From contig NC_068984.1 of the NCBI RefSeq assembly GCF_001194135.2, positions 13,332,453 to 13,396,009 of the forward strand: a DNA stretch of 63,557 nt. Reading direction: 5' to 3'. The notes beneath the pieces were generated by a model. The model was not told the DNA's origin and did not search any database. It saw nothing but the letters and a program-made list of their open reading frames with translations. This DNA is from Octopus bimaculoides. Its lineage: Eukaryota. Positions 1 through 13,628 of this stretch are shown here, piece by piece (the first letter of the stretch is position 1; each line of letters opens with the position of its first letter). Both the position numbers and the translations under genes were made by a program.

Positions 1-552
1 ATATATATATATATATATATATAGTGGCACTCCAGCCTGCTCATGATAGTAACGTGCAAGTGACTGAGCACTCTACAGGCACCTTAGATGCTAGAGTAGT
101 GCTTGATGATTTTGTTAAAGCGAACAAAACTCGCACTGACATTTTCCCCTCACTCGTTCCCTCACAATAAGGACGGTGGCAAATAAATGGGATGACAACT
201 GAGCTTATATGAGAACGCAGAATATAACCAACATTGCTCCATACCTCGCAGTTCCATCCAACTTGCGTGTTTTAGATCCTAAATCATCATAACAGATGTT
301 TGTCTTACATCGTGCTTTCTAATGATTGAGCCGCTGCCGCAGGTTCGAAATTCTGGAGGTGAAGATTGCTTATTTCATTCCATGCTTGAATTGCATGAAA
401 TACGAGCATGTCATCATGTGACTAAACATACACGTTCATATTCAACGTACGTATGTGAGTATTGTTGGGCGGCAATTGACGCCATTGAGTTTATCTGATT
501 TTTGATGAATCTTGTTTTACATCTAGCAGGCTATGAAAATCAACCTTCTCAC

Positions 553-589
<37 letters not shown>

Positions 590-777
590 TTAGTTGAGCT
601 GTTAAATTAGTCATCGTCAACGCGAGTATGCTAAAGGTTTTACTCGGTTACATGTAGCGATGAAAACGAACCAAATACACATAGACAAATACACATAAGT
701 GTAAATATAAACCTACGCATAATTTACAAAATCCCTACTATCAAATGCCGATACAAACAGACCCTTCCCCATCAAAT

Positions 778-826
<49 letters not shown>

Positions 827-1814
827 CACACACACTCACACATGTCTACACTATTGAACAGAGTATATAGAACATACATTTCCAGAAGGCTCACAGTGGT
901 AGGTTTTCTCGCCGGAATAACACTCCCAGTCCCTGTAGAGTGTGAGGCATTCCAGTAACCGGGTATCTGATAAAAGATACTCCCTAAAGTTGATTTGCAG
1001 TGGAATCGATCCCAGAAGACGATGTTCTTATAGCAAAACTTTTAGTAACATAACCATTAGATTCCCAATGCAGACGTTGAAATACTTTCGACAACTTAAA
1101 ACCCCTTTGTTTGCCATTAAAAATTTATTGATTTTTATTTTCCCGTGACTAAGATAAGTAAATCAACTATTTTAAAATTCAATAATACTTTGTGTAGCCC
1201 CATATCTGGTTTTAATCTCATTCATACTTTGTGAAAATTTGATTCGGCCATAAATTATTGATTGCATAGCGTGATATCGATTTAGTAGAACATGATTTTT
1301 TGTTTTTATTTTGCAATCTAAAATACGAAACAAAAAAGTATTTTACACTGTACTAATTCAATAAAAGTTGAAGTTAATTATATTATTGAAAATTTATTTG
1401 AGGATTTTCTAAAATTTGTTTCGTAAATGATCAATTATTTGGTTTATGTTCACTAGCCAGGCTGATAACTGTTTAATCTCTTAAATAAATTGAGGTTATT
1501 CCCATCTCTATTTGTTGATTTGTCTGTAATCTTAGTTAAATTATCGGCTACTGTTTCCCTAAAACCACGGTCATTTGCTGACCAAAATTATCTTTTAGTT
1601 TACATATCTTATTTATGAAAGTTATTAGGAATCTAATTTGAATAGAATATTAAACCCTTAAATTTTATGTTCGTTTCGTGCCTCTGGAAAGCGCCTTGTC
1701 TAGTTGGTAGGGTTACACAATAACTTGTTGAGTATCTGTTCTGTCTCTCCCCTCTGTCTATCTGTCTCTGTCTCTGTCTGCCTGTCTGTCTGTCTGCCTG
1801 TCTGTCTGTCTCTC

Positions 1815-1850
<36 letters not shown>

Positions 1851-2704
1851 ACAGTCTCCTGTTTTAATGTTTCTCTATTGAAGGACATAAACTTTACGCT
1901 GTCATCGACGTAGCATTCATTAGTCATATAGTGTCTCTGTTTTCTTTATAGGTTGTCATAATCGAAAAGGGAACAATTAGTTAGATCGTCAATCTGCTAA
2001 AAATAACTCTTAAATCGCTCAAATCACACCTTACCGTCTTAGGAAGTCAGAGAAACATTGAATAATGTAGTCCTAAATACACTATATCAAATTAAAAACT
2101 AGAGGATAGCCATATTTGGAACGCCTTTGTTTATAGGCGGGCTCAATAAGAGCTGACATAGGACTATGCAATATCATCAACAGCAACACCGATTATCTCT
2201 ACATCTTCATGTTATTTTATTACAGCTACGTAAAACGGGCGCAGAGAGATAAGCGACTTCGCGGCTGGACATACTGCAATGGCGCCATCGATGGCTTATT
2301 AACGGTCAACGTTATTCACCGAGAAACAGAACGTGACGTCTCTCTGCCATTTGTATTTATCAACGGCGTATTCCGATGAAAATATATATATGAAAATATA
2401 CTGTGTTTTAAGATTCAGTGTATTGTCCGCGCAGGATATCAAATATTCTGGAAATGGGAATGAAGAAAACAAAACACAAACACACACAAAAAGAAAACGC
2501 TGTCATTAAAATGTTGATAAAGTCTATGTAAATATTAAAACTTATTTTGAATTGTGATTCGTTTGAATGTTTAATTTATATTAAGGAGCCAAAGGAAAGA
2601 GACCACTGAGAGTCACTGAGTCTCCTAGGAATAGAAGGGTTGGACAAAAAAGAGAAACATTTATTAAAATAAATTTTCTATTAGCAATATGACAAATTCA
2701 AAAT

Positions 2705-2846
<142 letters not shown>

Positions 2847-2923
2847 CCTATCCATTCTCTATGCTTTGTACTTCATAATATAACCCTACGTGTTTATGTC
2901 TAGCAGATAATTTTTTATTATTT

Positions 2924-3110
2924 TATTCTTTTACTTGTTTAAGTCATTTGACTGCAGCCATGCTGGAGCACCGCCTTTAGTCGAACAAATCGACCCCGAG
3001 ACGTATTCTTTGTAAGCACAATACTTATTCTATCGGTCTCTTTTTGCCGAACCGCTAAGTTACGGGGATGTAAACACACCAACATCAGTTGTCAAGCGAT
3101 GGTTGGGGTC
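2924..3110 (-). mobile_element. SINE family B (CORE-like), 3' half
   Basis: Reverse complement matches the 3' part of the full-length copy at 38145-38545 (cgtaacttagcggttcggcaaaaagagaccgatagaataag...ggcggtgctccagcatggc). Confidence 0.85.
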
Positions 3111-3121
3111 ATGTTATGACC

Positions 3122-3256
3122 CCAAATCCACTGATAAGGCTTTGGTTTGCCCGCGGCTGTAGTAGAAGACACTTGGGCAAGGTGCCATGCAGTGGAACTG
3201 AACCCGGAACCATGTGGTTGGGAAGCAAGCTTCTTATCACACAGCCACGCCTGCGT
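3122..3256 (-). mobile_element. SINE family B, 5' head fragment (duplicate of 3483-3617)
   Basis: Reverse complement gives the tRNA-like head gcaggcgtggctgtgtgataag...gggttcagttccactgc followed by the ggcaccttgcccaagtgtc core. Confidence 0.85.
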
Positions 3257-3450
3257 CTAATGTAATAGCGACCCATCTAACAGGTTGGAAACACTTTCTT
3301 GGATGCACCCTATATTGAGTGCACAAATACTTCTATGTATCTGTGTACATGTGTACATATGTTTGTGTGCATGACTCTTTGTGCGTGTGTGTATTTAGTG
3401 CATTGTGTGCCTAATGGGTAATGAACGTTTACAACTATATACATACACAT

Positions 3451-3617
3451 ATATACGACGGGCTTCTTTCAGTTTCCGGCTACCAAATCCACTGATAAGG
3501 CTTTGGTTTGCCCGCGGCTGTAGTAGAAGACACTTGGGCAAGGTGCCATGCAGTGGAACTGAACCCGGAACCATGTGGTTGGGAAGCAAGCTTCTTATCA
3601 CACAGCCACGCCTGCGT
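3451..3617 (-). mobile_element. SINE family B, 5' half
   Basis: Matches 38145-38310 in reverse complement, through ggaaactgaaagaagcccgtcgtatat. Confidence 0.85.
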
Positions 3618-4676
3618 CTAATGTAAAATATGTTACAATATTGCGTCGAGAAAGTTTAGCGTGTGAGCTATGGGTTGGTTTAGGTTACAGAGACAAAGTT
3701 ACAATTCAACAGTTGAGAAGTGCTTGCAGTGTTGGATAATAGCGACCCATCTAACAGGTTGGAAACACTTTCTTGGATGCACCCTATATTGAGTGCACAA
3801 ATACTTCTATGTATCTGTGTACATGTGTACATATGTTTGTGTGCATGACTCTTTGTGCGTGTGTGTATTTAGTGCATTGTGTGCCTAATGGGTAATGAAC
3901 GTTTAATGCATTGTGCAAGGAATGTGAATATTACTAGAAAATTACTTTCAGTAGCATTTTGTTAATAATTAGCAGCTTAAATCTACCTGGAAGTAAGTAG
4001 TTTTGTCCCTGTAGTGAATATTTAGATTTTAGGGGAGATTCTTGACAAAATAAGCTTATCCAGTTAAACACCACGTTCCTGGTCCCTGGCTTCTTTTAAG
4101 CCACTTTACACTTAGAAACACAGGGGTTCGGTATCTGGGTTTAGTCTGACCCTCATTCCTTTTACTCATCAGTAAGAAACAAGTGATGGACGGTGGCCGT
4201 CTCCTAATAGCTAACTCATTACAATATGTAATTAATGGCCGTTATTGAGCTGATGTCAAACGCGATTTTAAGCTGTGTAATGGTTATGATAAAATATGGA
4301 ACATGAAACGGTATTGCTGGAAAGTAAAGGTTGGATTCGTGATTTTTAAACATCCAATATAGTATTATTCCAATGAGATAATCATAGCATGTGATTAAAA
4401 TCATAGCATGTGATTAAACGTACCTAGTGAGATGGTTTCCTCATCAAATTCAGTTTAATATATGTATTATGTATTAAGATTTACATAGACTTTATCAATG
4501 TTCTTATGCCAGCATTTCGTTTTTATTATCTCCGTTCCCATACTCAGAATATTTCATGTCCTGAGTAGACAATACATTGAATCTTGAAACACATGTCATT
4601 GGAACTGGTGTAGAATAATACATGAAATCATTGAGATCATTTTATGTTCTCAACCCCTCCCCCACACATTAGGCTC

Positions 4677-4720
<44 letters not shown>

Positions 4721-6749
4721 TAAAGGGACAGAGATGCTTTTCTTGGTAAAAAGAATGTTCTATCCAGTAGTTTAGAGCCTAGAGGCAGGCAACTTTTTTA
4801 GATGTTAACATGGGCCAGAAATAGCCAAAGACTTATACATTAACTCCTTTTCCGTCCAAGATCCCAATAGCAACAGTTCACCAGTGCATGAAGGCAACCT
4901 CCCTCTGGGTATCAAATTTAATGACATCTTTTTATGTATTACAAACATTTCTGTAATACTACAAGCATTTCATTAGATTTCTTTAATAAAGTATAATTAA
5001 AATATAATTCAAAATGACAAATATTTTCCAGAACATCTACAAATTTGTAAATCATTCCGAATTGAGAAAGATATTAAGTTACTAGAAAATAAGTTGAAAA
5101 TAAAAATAAGAATGCGTAAATGAAGATAATATAAACTTGGTATAGAGATTGATTTGTACAATTGCTATGACATCTATTGAAACAGAGATATATTTCAATT
5201 TTGCGTTTTCGTAAACAAGTAGTTTTTTTTAATAACAAAGAAATATTCTCAAAAAGAGTTTGATATCAATAGCTAACATTGTGAAAGGAAAACGAAGACA
5301 AATAAAAAGTAAAATAATATGTAACCTGATAGTATCCAATCTGAGAAATAATATTTCCCGTAGTATCTATGGAGCCGTGTAAACAGATATCTTGATTCGA
5401 GTTAAATTCTAGTGATGTAAACCCATTTTGAAAGATCATTAATTATATTAAATGGAGGCAGTAAATTTCCTCGCATCTGAAATGTATTTTCATAATGGCG
5501 ATGAAATATTCTCTTCGCATCCATGTCATTCATTTCAAATGATGGGAAACCTAAGCTTCGTTTATTGACCCCAAAATGATGCTATGAAAGGTAAAAAAAA
5601 TAAAACCGTAGTAAAATATTTTAACGTTTATATTTGCTGTATTTTCGTTCATTATTTCTACATAATATTTCTTTTCATATGTATTTTTCTACCTTCTCTT
5701 TATCCACAGCATTTCATTTCAATACTTATTTAATTTTCGCTTATTTTTCTATTTCTCATCATTTACCTGATTCTTTCAATATTCCCTTTCCTCATTTTTT
5801 TCTAACACTAAGATATATTTCTCACATAATATGTTCAAGCTTTCTGTCAAAAACTCTGGCTCCCTAGCTTCAGACCATTTTAGAATTTCTTTTCCATTGA
5901 ATTACTTTATTTCTATATTATCTATCACTTTTCTACAATTCATTCTGGTATCCCACATTCTTCTAGGTTTTTCTATTTTTCTCTAATGTCTTCCCTTATT
6001 TCATGCAAGTATAATTCTGCGTTAAATATTTATTTTGACAAAAAAAAAAAAAAAAAATTANNNNNNNNNNGAAAAATAACGTCTTTTCCAATCAAACTGA
6101 CAATCTCTATTCCGAGACAAAATTTTGCAGTTAAAAATACTAATGATATTTGAATGGTTTAATTCAATTTTGAAAATATATCGAAAGAATTATGGACCTA
6201 TCACAATTTCCTGTTCACTACAATATTTTTGAACAAATAACAAAAAAAAAAAAAACATTAAAAATTGCATTACATTCCATCGGATTTTTATTTTCTTTAA
6301 ATTCAGAATACAGATTATTATAAACATAAAAGTTTCAAAACTGAAATTATAAAAATAACAGGAATAGTAATTTAATTGGCTTTTCACTGCTATAATGTGG
6401 AAACAAATTAGATTAAATCTGGAAATTTCTCTGAGAAAACTCAAATTAAAACATCTCAATAGTAAAGTAAAATTGATATACATCAACATAGTAGGGAAGA
6501 TTTCAATGCAACAAGGTATTGAATTCCAATTAAGACTGCCTTATAAACGGGCAACTCCAGCTGTGTATATGTTCTTTCAGTGGTAATAATAAAGAACATT
6601 TATTCCTTGTCAATATTTTCAGTTGCGTGTTGATGGAATCAATCGTATTCATATTTCAGTAGTCTTAAGATGTACATATCTGTAATCTCCACTTGGATGA
6701 TTGGCTGACTGTCCATTTTCCCCTGTTGGCTATTTGTCTATCTGTTTTC

Positions 6750-6791
<42 letters not shown>

Positions 6792-6869
6792 GTATGTATC
6801 TATCTATCTATCTATCGATCTATCTATCTGTCTGTCTGTCTGTGTCTTTATCTCTTTTCTCTCTATATA

Positions 6870-7587
6870 CAGGGGTTGGACAAAATAATGGAAACACCTA
6901 GCACCATAGCATCATAATTTTGAAATATCTATAAAACTGCCAAAAGCTTGTTTATTTTTATGTTTTTTAAAAATTTATTATTAGTGTTGCGTAATATGTT
7001 TTGCTAAAATTGCTGTTTCTTTTCAAATATCATCAGAAAAATGTAATTAAAATTCATTAAAATGACAGATTTATCGGACTTTCAAAGAGGTCAAATTGTT
7101 GGTACTCGTATTGCAGGCGCAAGCGTAACGTAAACAGCCGAAATGTTTGGTGTATCAAGAAGAACTGTCTCGAAAGTAATGACAGCCTTTGAGAAAGAGG
7201 GAAAAAGCCTCATCGTCGAAACAAAACTCCGAAGAGAACCAAAACTTTCAGATATGGACCGTCGAACTCTTACGCGAATTGTTAGAAAGGATCACAAAAG
7301 TACAGGTCCCTAAATTACTGCAGAGCATAGTGACCACCTTGAGAATCCAATTTCCACAAAGCCGGATTTTACGGGAGGGCTGCAATCAGAAAACCCCTAC
7401 TTTCAAAAACAAACGTTGCAAAGCGTTAGAGCAGTGAAGGGATATTATTTTCTCGGACGAGTCATCCTCTACCTTATTTCCGACCACCGGCCGAGTATAC
7501 GTGTGGAGACTGCCAAAAGAAGCATTTGAGCCAGACTGACTTCTTCCAGCTGTTAAACATGGTGGTGAATCTGTGATGATCTGGGGG
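6870..7587 (+). mobile_element. Tc1-family DNA transposon, 3'-truncated, with decayed transposase
   Basis: TA followed by a TIR-like end CAGGGGTTGGACAAAATAATGGAAACACC. ATG at 7062 reads MTDLSDFQRGQIVG... (HTH), then with frameshifts and stops IIFSDESS...GRVYVWRLPKEAFEPD...VKHGGESVMIWG (first catalytic Asp region of Tc1). Confidence 0.92.
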
Positions 7588-7604
7588 AAACCGGGTTACA
7601 TGAC

Positions 7605-7782
7605 AGGCTCTCCGTCGGTTATGACGAGGAACGTTCTAGCTGATCCGATCAACGGAACAGCCTGCTCGTGGAATTAACGTGGAAGTGGCTGAGCATTCCG
7701 CAGACACACGTATAAATAACGTAGTCCTCAAGTCCTCAGGGAGATTCATGGTAACACAGAATGTCACAAGTCTGATTCTTTG

Positions 7783-7785
<3 letters not shown>
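7605..7785 (+). mobile_element. Dispersed repeat fragment (retroelement-like; family unassigned)
   Basis: The motif cagcctgctcgtggaattaacgtggaagtggctgagcattcc recurs at about 32-75 (cagcctgctcatgatagtaacgtgcaagtgactgagcactct). Confidence 0.55.
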
Positions 7786-7841
<56 letters not shown>

Positions 7842-8038
7842 NNNNNNNNNNNNNNNNNNNNNNNNNNNNNNNNNNNNNNNNNNNNNNNNNNNNNNNNNNN
7901 NNNNNNNNNNNNNNNNNNNNNNNNNNNNNNNNNNNNNNNNNNNNNNNNNNNNNNNNNNNNNNNNNNNNNNNNNNNNNNNNNNNNNNNNNNNNNNNNNNNN
8001 NNNNNNNNNNNNNNNNNNNNNATATATAAATTAAGAAA

Positions 8039-8312
8039 GGGAGTTAAATGCTGGTGTTATTCAAATCTTTATACTTCAGACATATGTTTCGAAGAAAACA
8101 TTAGTATTATTCGCGAGGGAATAAAATGCTGTAAAACAATGTAATCATCTCGTCAGGAAATGGCTTACTGAGGTGTTTTGTTTCTCTATTTCCTCTGACG
8201 AGATGATTGCATTGTTTTACATCAATTTAGTCCCTCGGGAATAATAGCTATGTTTTCTTCGAAATATATGTCGGAAGTATAAAGATTTGAATAACACCTG
8301 TGTTTAACTCCA
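8039..8312. repeat. Inverted-repeat element (about 120-bp arms, about 26-bp spacer) with hammerhead-like cores, Penelope-type terminal structure
   Basis: 8039-8161 is the reverse complement of 8188-8312 at high identity. Each arm has CTGACGA ... GAAA(C/T)ATATGTC, pointing outward. Confidence 0.8.
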
Positions 8313-8493
8313 TTTTTCAATTTATCTATGTGATACAAAAACATTTCAATAAATCCTAGAAATTGTACCTCTATAAGAAGGCTGTAACCTCATTGGCACT
8401 TATGTGAATTTTTGCTACTCTGGTAACTTTTATTTATTTTTTCCGTGTTATTTATACACATTGAAAAAAATTCACACACACACACCCATATAT

Positions 8494-8728
8494 AAAGGTG
8501 GTGCTCCAGTATGGTCGCAGTCAAATGACTGAAACAAGTAAAAGAATATATATATAAATGTACACGAGGTGCTCCTTTCAGTTTCCGCCTCTGAAATCAA
8601 CTCACAAGGCTTTGGTCTACACGAAGCTAGAGTAGAAGACACTTACTCACGGTAGCATACAGTGGAACTAAACCCGGAACCATGTGGTTAGGAAGCAAGC
8701 TTCTTACCAGACAGCCACGCTTACGCCT
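8494..8728 (-). mobile_element. SINE family B fragments (head on minus 8572-8728; tail piece on plus 8494-8548)
   Basis: Similarity to the head and tail of 38145-38545. Confidence 0.75.
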
Positions 8729-8755
8729 AATACATACACACACACACACACACAC

Positions 8756-8812
<57 letters not shown>

Positions 8813-8826
8813 GTGGGTGTGTGCAT

Positions 8827-8857
<31 letters not shown>

Positions 8858-11099
8858 CATGTTCGTGTACATATACATACATACACGTACACACCCACAT
8901 GCACACACACACACACACACTTCTTATTTCATGATATATTCTGTGTCTTCAATATTTATCAATTTAAAATTATGACTTTATTATTTTATATTGAATTTTG
9001 ATGTTAGCCGTAGGAATGCACGAAAGAAAAAGACAATAAAACAACCGAGTTAGATTTGAAACAGTAATTTTAAAACTTTACTATATTTGAAAAAAAAAAA
9101 AAAAAGGAAAAAAAGCAAAACAAAAAACCCCGACAAGCATAGACTCGTCTTTAAACTATTGCAACATCTTTCAATAATTTTTCTGTTCCCAACATATTTC
9201 TCTCTTCTTAACGTAGATTCGTCATAGATAACTAGAATAATTTTCAATAAGTTTCACTAAACCATATTCAAATTTATTTCTTCTTCTTCTGAGCTTTATT
9301 CCATACTGATTATGCATTCCTTCTTTTCATCTGAACATTCCTTTATTTGTCCAACGTTTAGTGTTTTCTTTTGGCAATCGTCATCTTTTATATTTTATTG
9401 TTTTGCCATTTGCAGTTATTTCTATTATTTCTTAATTGTTATTCCATAATTTCACGATTTTATCCATTATTCATTCATTATCAGTCTTTTTTTTTTCTCG
9501 TTTCTTTCACACTTTCCTGTTATTTGAATATCTCATCCTTTCTTTAAGCTAAAATGTGTTAGAGACACCTCCAGTGTAACTTGGGAGGGCATTCACCATA
9601 GTTACACTATTGGGATGCATAATAAAGCAATAATTATTGAAAGTGGGGCGGGACAAATGCTATGGAAGCAGATGTTAGGACAAAATATGGCAAGACGGCG
9701 AAAACAGAGAAAGCAACAAAATAAACAGAATTTAAGCGGTAGCTACTGCTGTGGTGTTGTCGTCACGTCATCGATGATAAAAGATTTGAAGAAAATAAAT
9801 TTATTGTATTGAAATGACAATTGCTGAATGTCTAATGGAATTGGGAAAATATGAGCTGTAATAAAAACTTCGTGGAAGTATGCATAAATAGAGGTAGAGA
9901 GAAGGGAAGATAGGCAGGGGGGATGGAGAGAGGAGGAAACAGAGAGAAGCGGGGTACGATGAAACAGAAAGAATGAGAATGAAAGGGAGAAAGTGAAAGG
10001 ATGAGGGGTATTTGAGAAACATATAAGCTGCATATAATAAACATGGTAGACAAGTCAATGGAGAAAGAGGCAGATATGTATAGAAGAGACAAGAAGTGGG
10101 AGAGATAGAATGAGTGAAAGTGTGTGGGGAAAGGGAGGGAGGGATAGAGGAAGAAGAGTGTGAGGGAGAAATTAAGAGAAAAGTTAAAAGCATAAAGTAG
10201 GGGAGAAGAGAGATGAAATGATAAACAGAGATATATAGGATATAGGAAAGACGTTATAAAATAAGATATAGGTGGATGAATAGAGAAGGGAGTGAGAGAA
10301 AGGAGAGAGAAGGAGGGAGGGACATGTGTGGGTATATAAAGTTAAGGCATTTTAAATAGAATGCCTGGAGTAAGTGAAAGTGAGGACGAAGAAGAGGAAA
10401 AGAGAAAGAATCATATGGAGAGGGAGGGAGAGTAAAAAGCAGGAGGAAGTAAAATAGTAAGGTAGAGTAGAAATATGAACGGTGGATTAATCGAAAGATA
10501 TGATCGGAAAGGAAAGGAAAATAAACAGGTTTTTAGGAAAGATGATCTATCATAATGAAAGACTGCAAATAGTGAGGGAGCAAAGTGTGAGGGAAAGAGG
10601 AAGCAGGAGAAAGAAAAGAAAAGTGATATAAAGTCTAAAGAAAGTGAAAGTAGGGGAAAACTGAGGGACAGATCAAATTTATGAAATAGCATAAAAGATA
10701 AATTATTTTATACACAAACAAACGAGCGCACACAAAGATATCTCTATCCGATGATCTGTATAAACGAAATAAATTGTAAAGAGATGATGTACAATCTATA
10801 TTTATTAGAAAAAGAGATAATGATTCTCTCGTCCCTTACTCAGAGTTTTACACTATACTCAGGAGGTTTATATTCAGGATCATTTGGAGATCCTTTTTGT
10901 TATCTCCCGTGGGTACTTGTAAGGTCATTCTATTTAGTCACGGCTGATGATGTGATCGCATGTGTTTCAAATTTAGGAATAGCAGAGTTTATAATCTTTT
11001 CGTGTTGTAGTGGTGAAGAAGCAGATAACCAAATCCTAGTTTATTGGCATCGAGGAAAATTACTTCACGTAAGTGAACCGAGCAGGCAAGAGCCAACAG

Positions 11100-11430
11100 G
11101 TATAAATTGTGATCTTCGAGTGTTTGGAATTGCTTTCTAGAAGCCTTCGACGATGTTGGCAATAGATCACATCTCTATTAAAGAAGTGTAGCAGGTTGTG
11201 CCAGATTACAAAGCCTTTCAGTAAGACAGAGTCTACATTTCCGAGACAGGTTAATGCAAAAGTGTTATTGAATGATATTTCCTTTGCCGGTCCTAGACTC
11301 TTTTGACGAAATGAAGAAATTTGTCTTTTAAAATTCTTTCACCTGAACGAATAGAAATGTTGTAGGTAGGGACGTTGAAAGTGCTTGCAGTGAGATTTCT
11401 CTCAATGGCGTTTGGTAGTCGTACGATTGC
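11100..11430 (-). mobile_element. Penelope-like element remnant (C-terminal GIY-YIG region)
   Basis: Minus-strand translation NLSRKCRLCLTERL...TLL**RCDLL resembles the KRCxLCLxEK...TLLNxRxEL C-terminus of PLE GIY-YIG proteins. Heavily decayed. Confidence 0.5.
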
Positions 11431-12304
11431 TTTTTATAAACTTTCTTTAGAATTATAATTATATTAGATAGATGTTGATAATAACAAAATGGTTAATAGA
11501 AAGATAGGTGTATGCTTGTGGTTAGAGTGTCTGAACTAGGAAGTCGTGTTTTCCATACAGAAATAACTACCATAAGGTTTTGTAAGACGAAGACATTAAG
11601 TGGTTTATAAGCATGTGAGAAAAGATATCTAATACGAGGGCGAAAATTACTGGCTACGCGCGAGAAGACGTCTGCGCCATATTAAAGGGAAAATCACGTT
11701 GGCGTCCTTCTTCATGAATTCCAGGATTTCTGGACTGTGTTATCTGTGGTCTTATTCACACAAAATATATTTCCATTCATGTTGCTTCGAAGAAAAGTTA
11801 TTTATGTTAGGGTCTTCAATGTTAAAAGATATGCATGTCTTAGAATAAAACAGAGATTCTCCTGGGTATTTCGGGTGCAATGTTCTGATGTGAGTGGAAT
11901 ATTATGTATCTTTTCATCGTACACATTATTCAATATCGATCTTTCGTTTCACATTTCTACGCTTTTAGCCGCTGTTTTACAGTCTGACTATGTATCATTT
12001 GTCAGCCTCATAGCTCCCTCATAATCTTACGTGTCTTATATGCTTATATGCGTGATTTTTTCTTTCTTCCTCTTTCTCTCTCTCTCTAAGAGATATATAT
12101 ATATATATATATATAAATTCAATAAATAGAGTCAATAGATATATTCATTGTATGAAGTCAAATGTTTTGAACCAATGAAGTGGTCGAGACTTAAAACCTT
12201 CATCAGTGTTGTATTTACCAAAATATTTCATGATGCTTTGAAAACAAGTTATATTGTAGGTCTATTGTAGTTTCTACAAATACACGTATAGTATAACAAG
12301 TGTT

Positions 12305-12560
12305 GCTATATGGTTATAAGTCTTGCTTCTAAATCAGATGGCTTTGGGTTCAGTTCCGAGGGTAACTGTGATATAGTGACGTTGTTCGTTCTTAGCATTC
12401 TATACATATTATTCCTGGCCACGGGGAAGTATTACCTTACTTGGAAAGAGTCGAGGGTTGACGACAGGAAGAGTAGTCATCGTAGTAATATCTGCATCAA
12501 CAAATTCTGTCTGACCCATGCAAGCATGGAAACGTTTACGTTGTTTAACGTTTATGATGA
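12305..12560 (+). mobile_element. Degenerate tRNA-derived SINE
   Basis: Head-like gtt..aagtcttgctt...gggttcagttcc. Tail gggttgacgacaggaag...cccatgcaagcatggaaa...tgatgat. Confidence 0.5.
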
Positions 12561-12886
12561 TAATATTATTACATGTTTACACAATCACATTTCTGATTAG
12601 AAGAAAATATACATTAAATGCAATCTGAAAATATACGGCACTAAACGTGGAAATCACATAGGTAGATACAAATCATTAATTTGTACGTTTTAATTAAAAA
12701 TTCCTCGGGTATATTTTAAACAAATAGTCAATAACACCCGTATATATCATATATTTACTTCCGCACAGCATTTCCTAACAATTTATCTAAATCTGTAGCT
12801 TGAAGTTCTAAATTAATGGAGAATATTCATTCATTGATATATTCATCTAAACTTCGTATTAACGTGACTATATGTATGTACAGACA

Positions 12887-12924
<38 letters not shown>

Positions 12925-13307
12925 NNNNNNNNNNNNNNNNNNNNNNNNNNNNNNNNNNNNNNNNNNNNNNNNNNNNNNNNNNNNNNNNNNNNNNNNNNNN
13001 NNNNNNNNNNNNNNNNNNNNNNNNNNNNNNNNNNNNNNNNNNNNNNNNNNNNNNNNNNNNNNNNNNNNNNNNNNNNNNNNNNNNNNNNNNNNNNNNNNNN
13101 NNNNNNATATATACATCCTCTCTGAAATAGTTACTTCCTGCACACATATGATTCTATTGCGATGGAGTTATATGTACAAAACAACCTTATACAAACATAT
13201 GCGCACTATTCATGTTTACGTACATACAGGTGTAAAATACGTGTACACTTATATACGAGAGTAAACTAGTGCAATATAGACGCACACACACACACGTGTG
13301 TATATAT

Positions 13308-13628
13308 AGCCAATGCGCATAGCTCAGTGGTTAGAGGGACGGGCTCTAACCACAATAGTGAATCCAGTTCCTGGACAAGATGCATGCTCTGTTTCTGAGT
13401 AAGGCACTTTATTTCACGTTGCTCCAGTTCACTCATCTGCAGAACTAAGTTGCGACGTCACAGGTGCCAAGCTGTATCAGACTATGTCTTTCCCTTGGTT
13501 AACATCGGTGGCATGGAGAGGGGAGGCTGATATGCATGGGCATACAACGTTGCCCGGACTTGTGCCTCAGAGGGTAACTTTCTAGGTGCAATCTCGCGGT
13601 CATTTATGCTCGGAGGTCTTTACCCTTC
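13308..13628 (+). mobile_element. tRNA-derived SINE (third family, CORE-like middle)
   Basis: A-box tagctcagtgg, decayed B-box, then ctgagtaaggcactttatttcacgttgctccagttcactc. Confidence 0.65.

Noticed and set aside
2270-2300. CNGAIDG resembling the Harbinger nuclease motif CIGAIDG
   Set aside because: The flanking residues do not continue the DDE_Tnp_4 pattern.
9050-9540. Purine-rich minus-strand stretch that looks formerly coding
   Set aside because: Multiple stops in all frames and no recognisable motif, so it cannot be assigned.
10940-10970. CTGATGA near the PLE remnant
   Set aside because: It is followed by GTTTC rather than GAAAC, so the core cannot be assembled on either strand.
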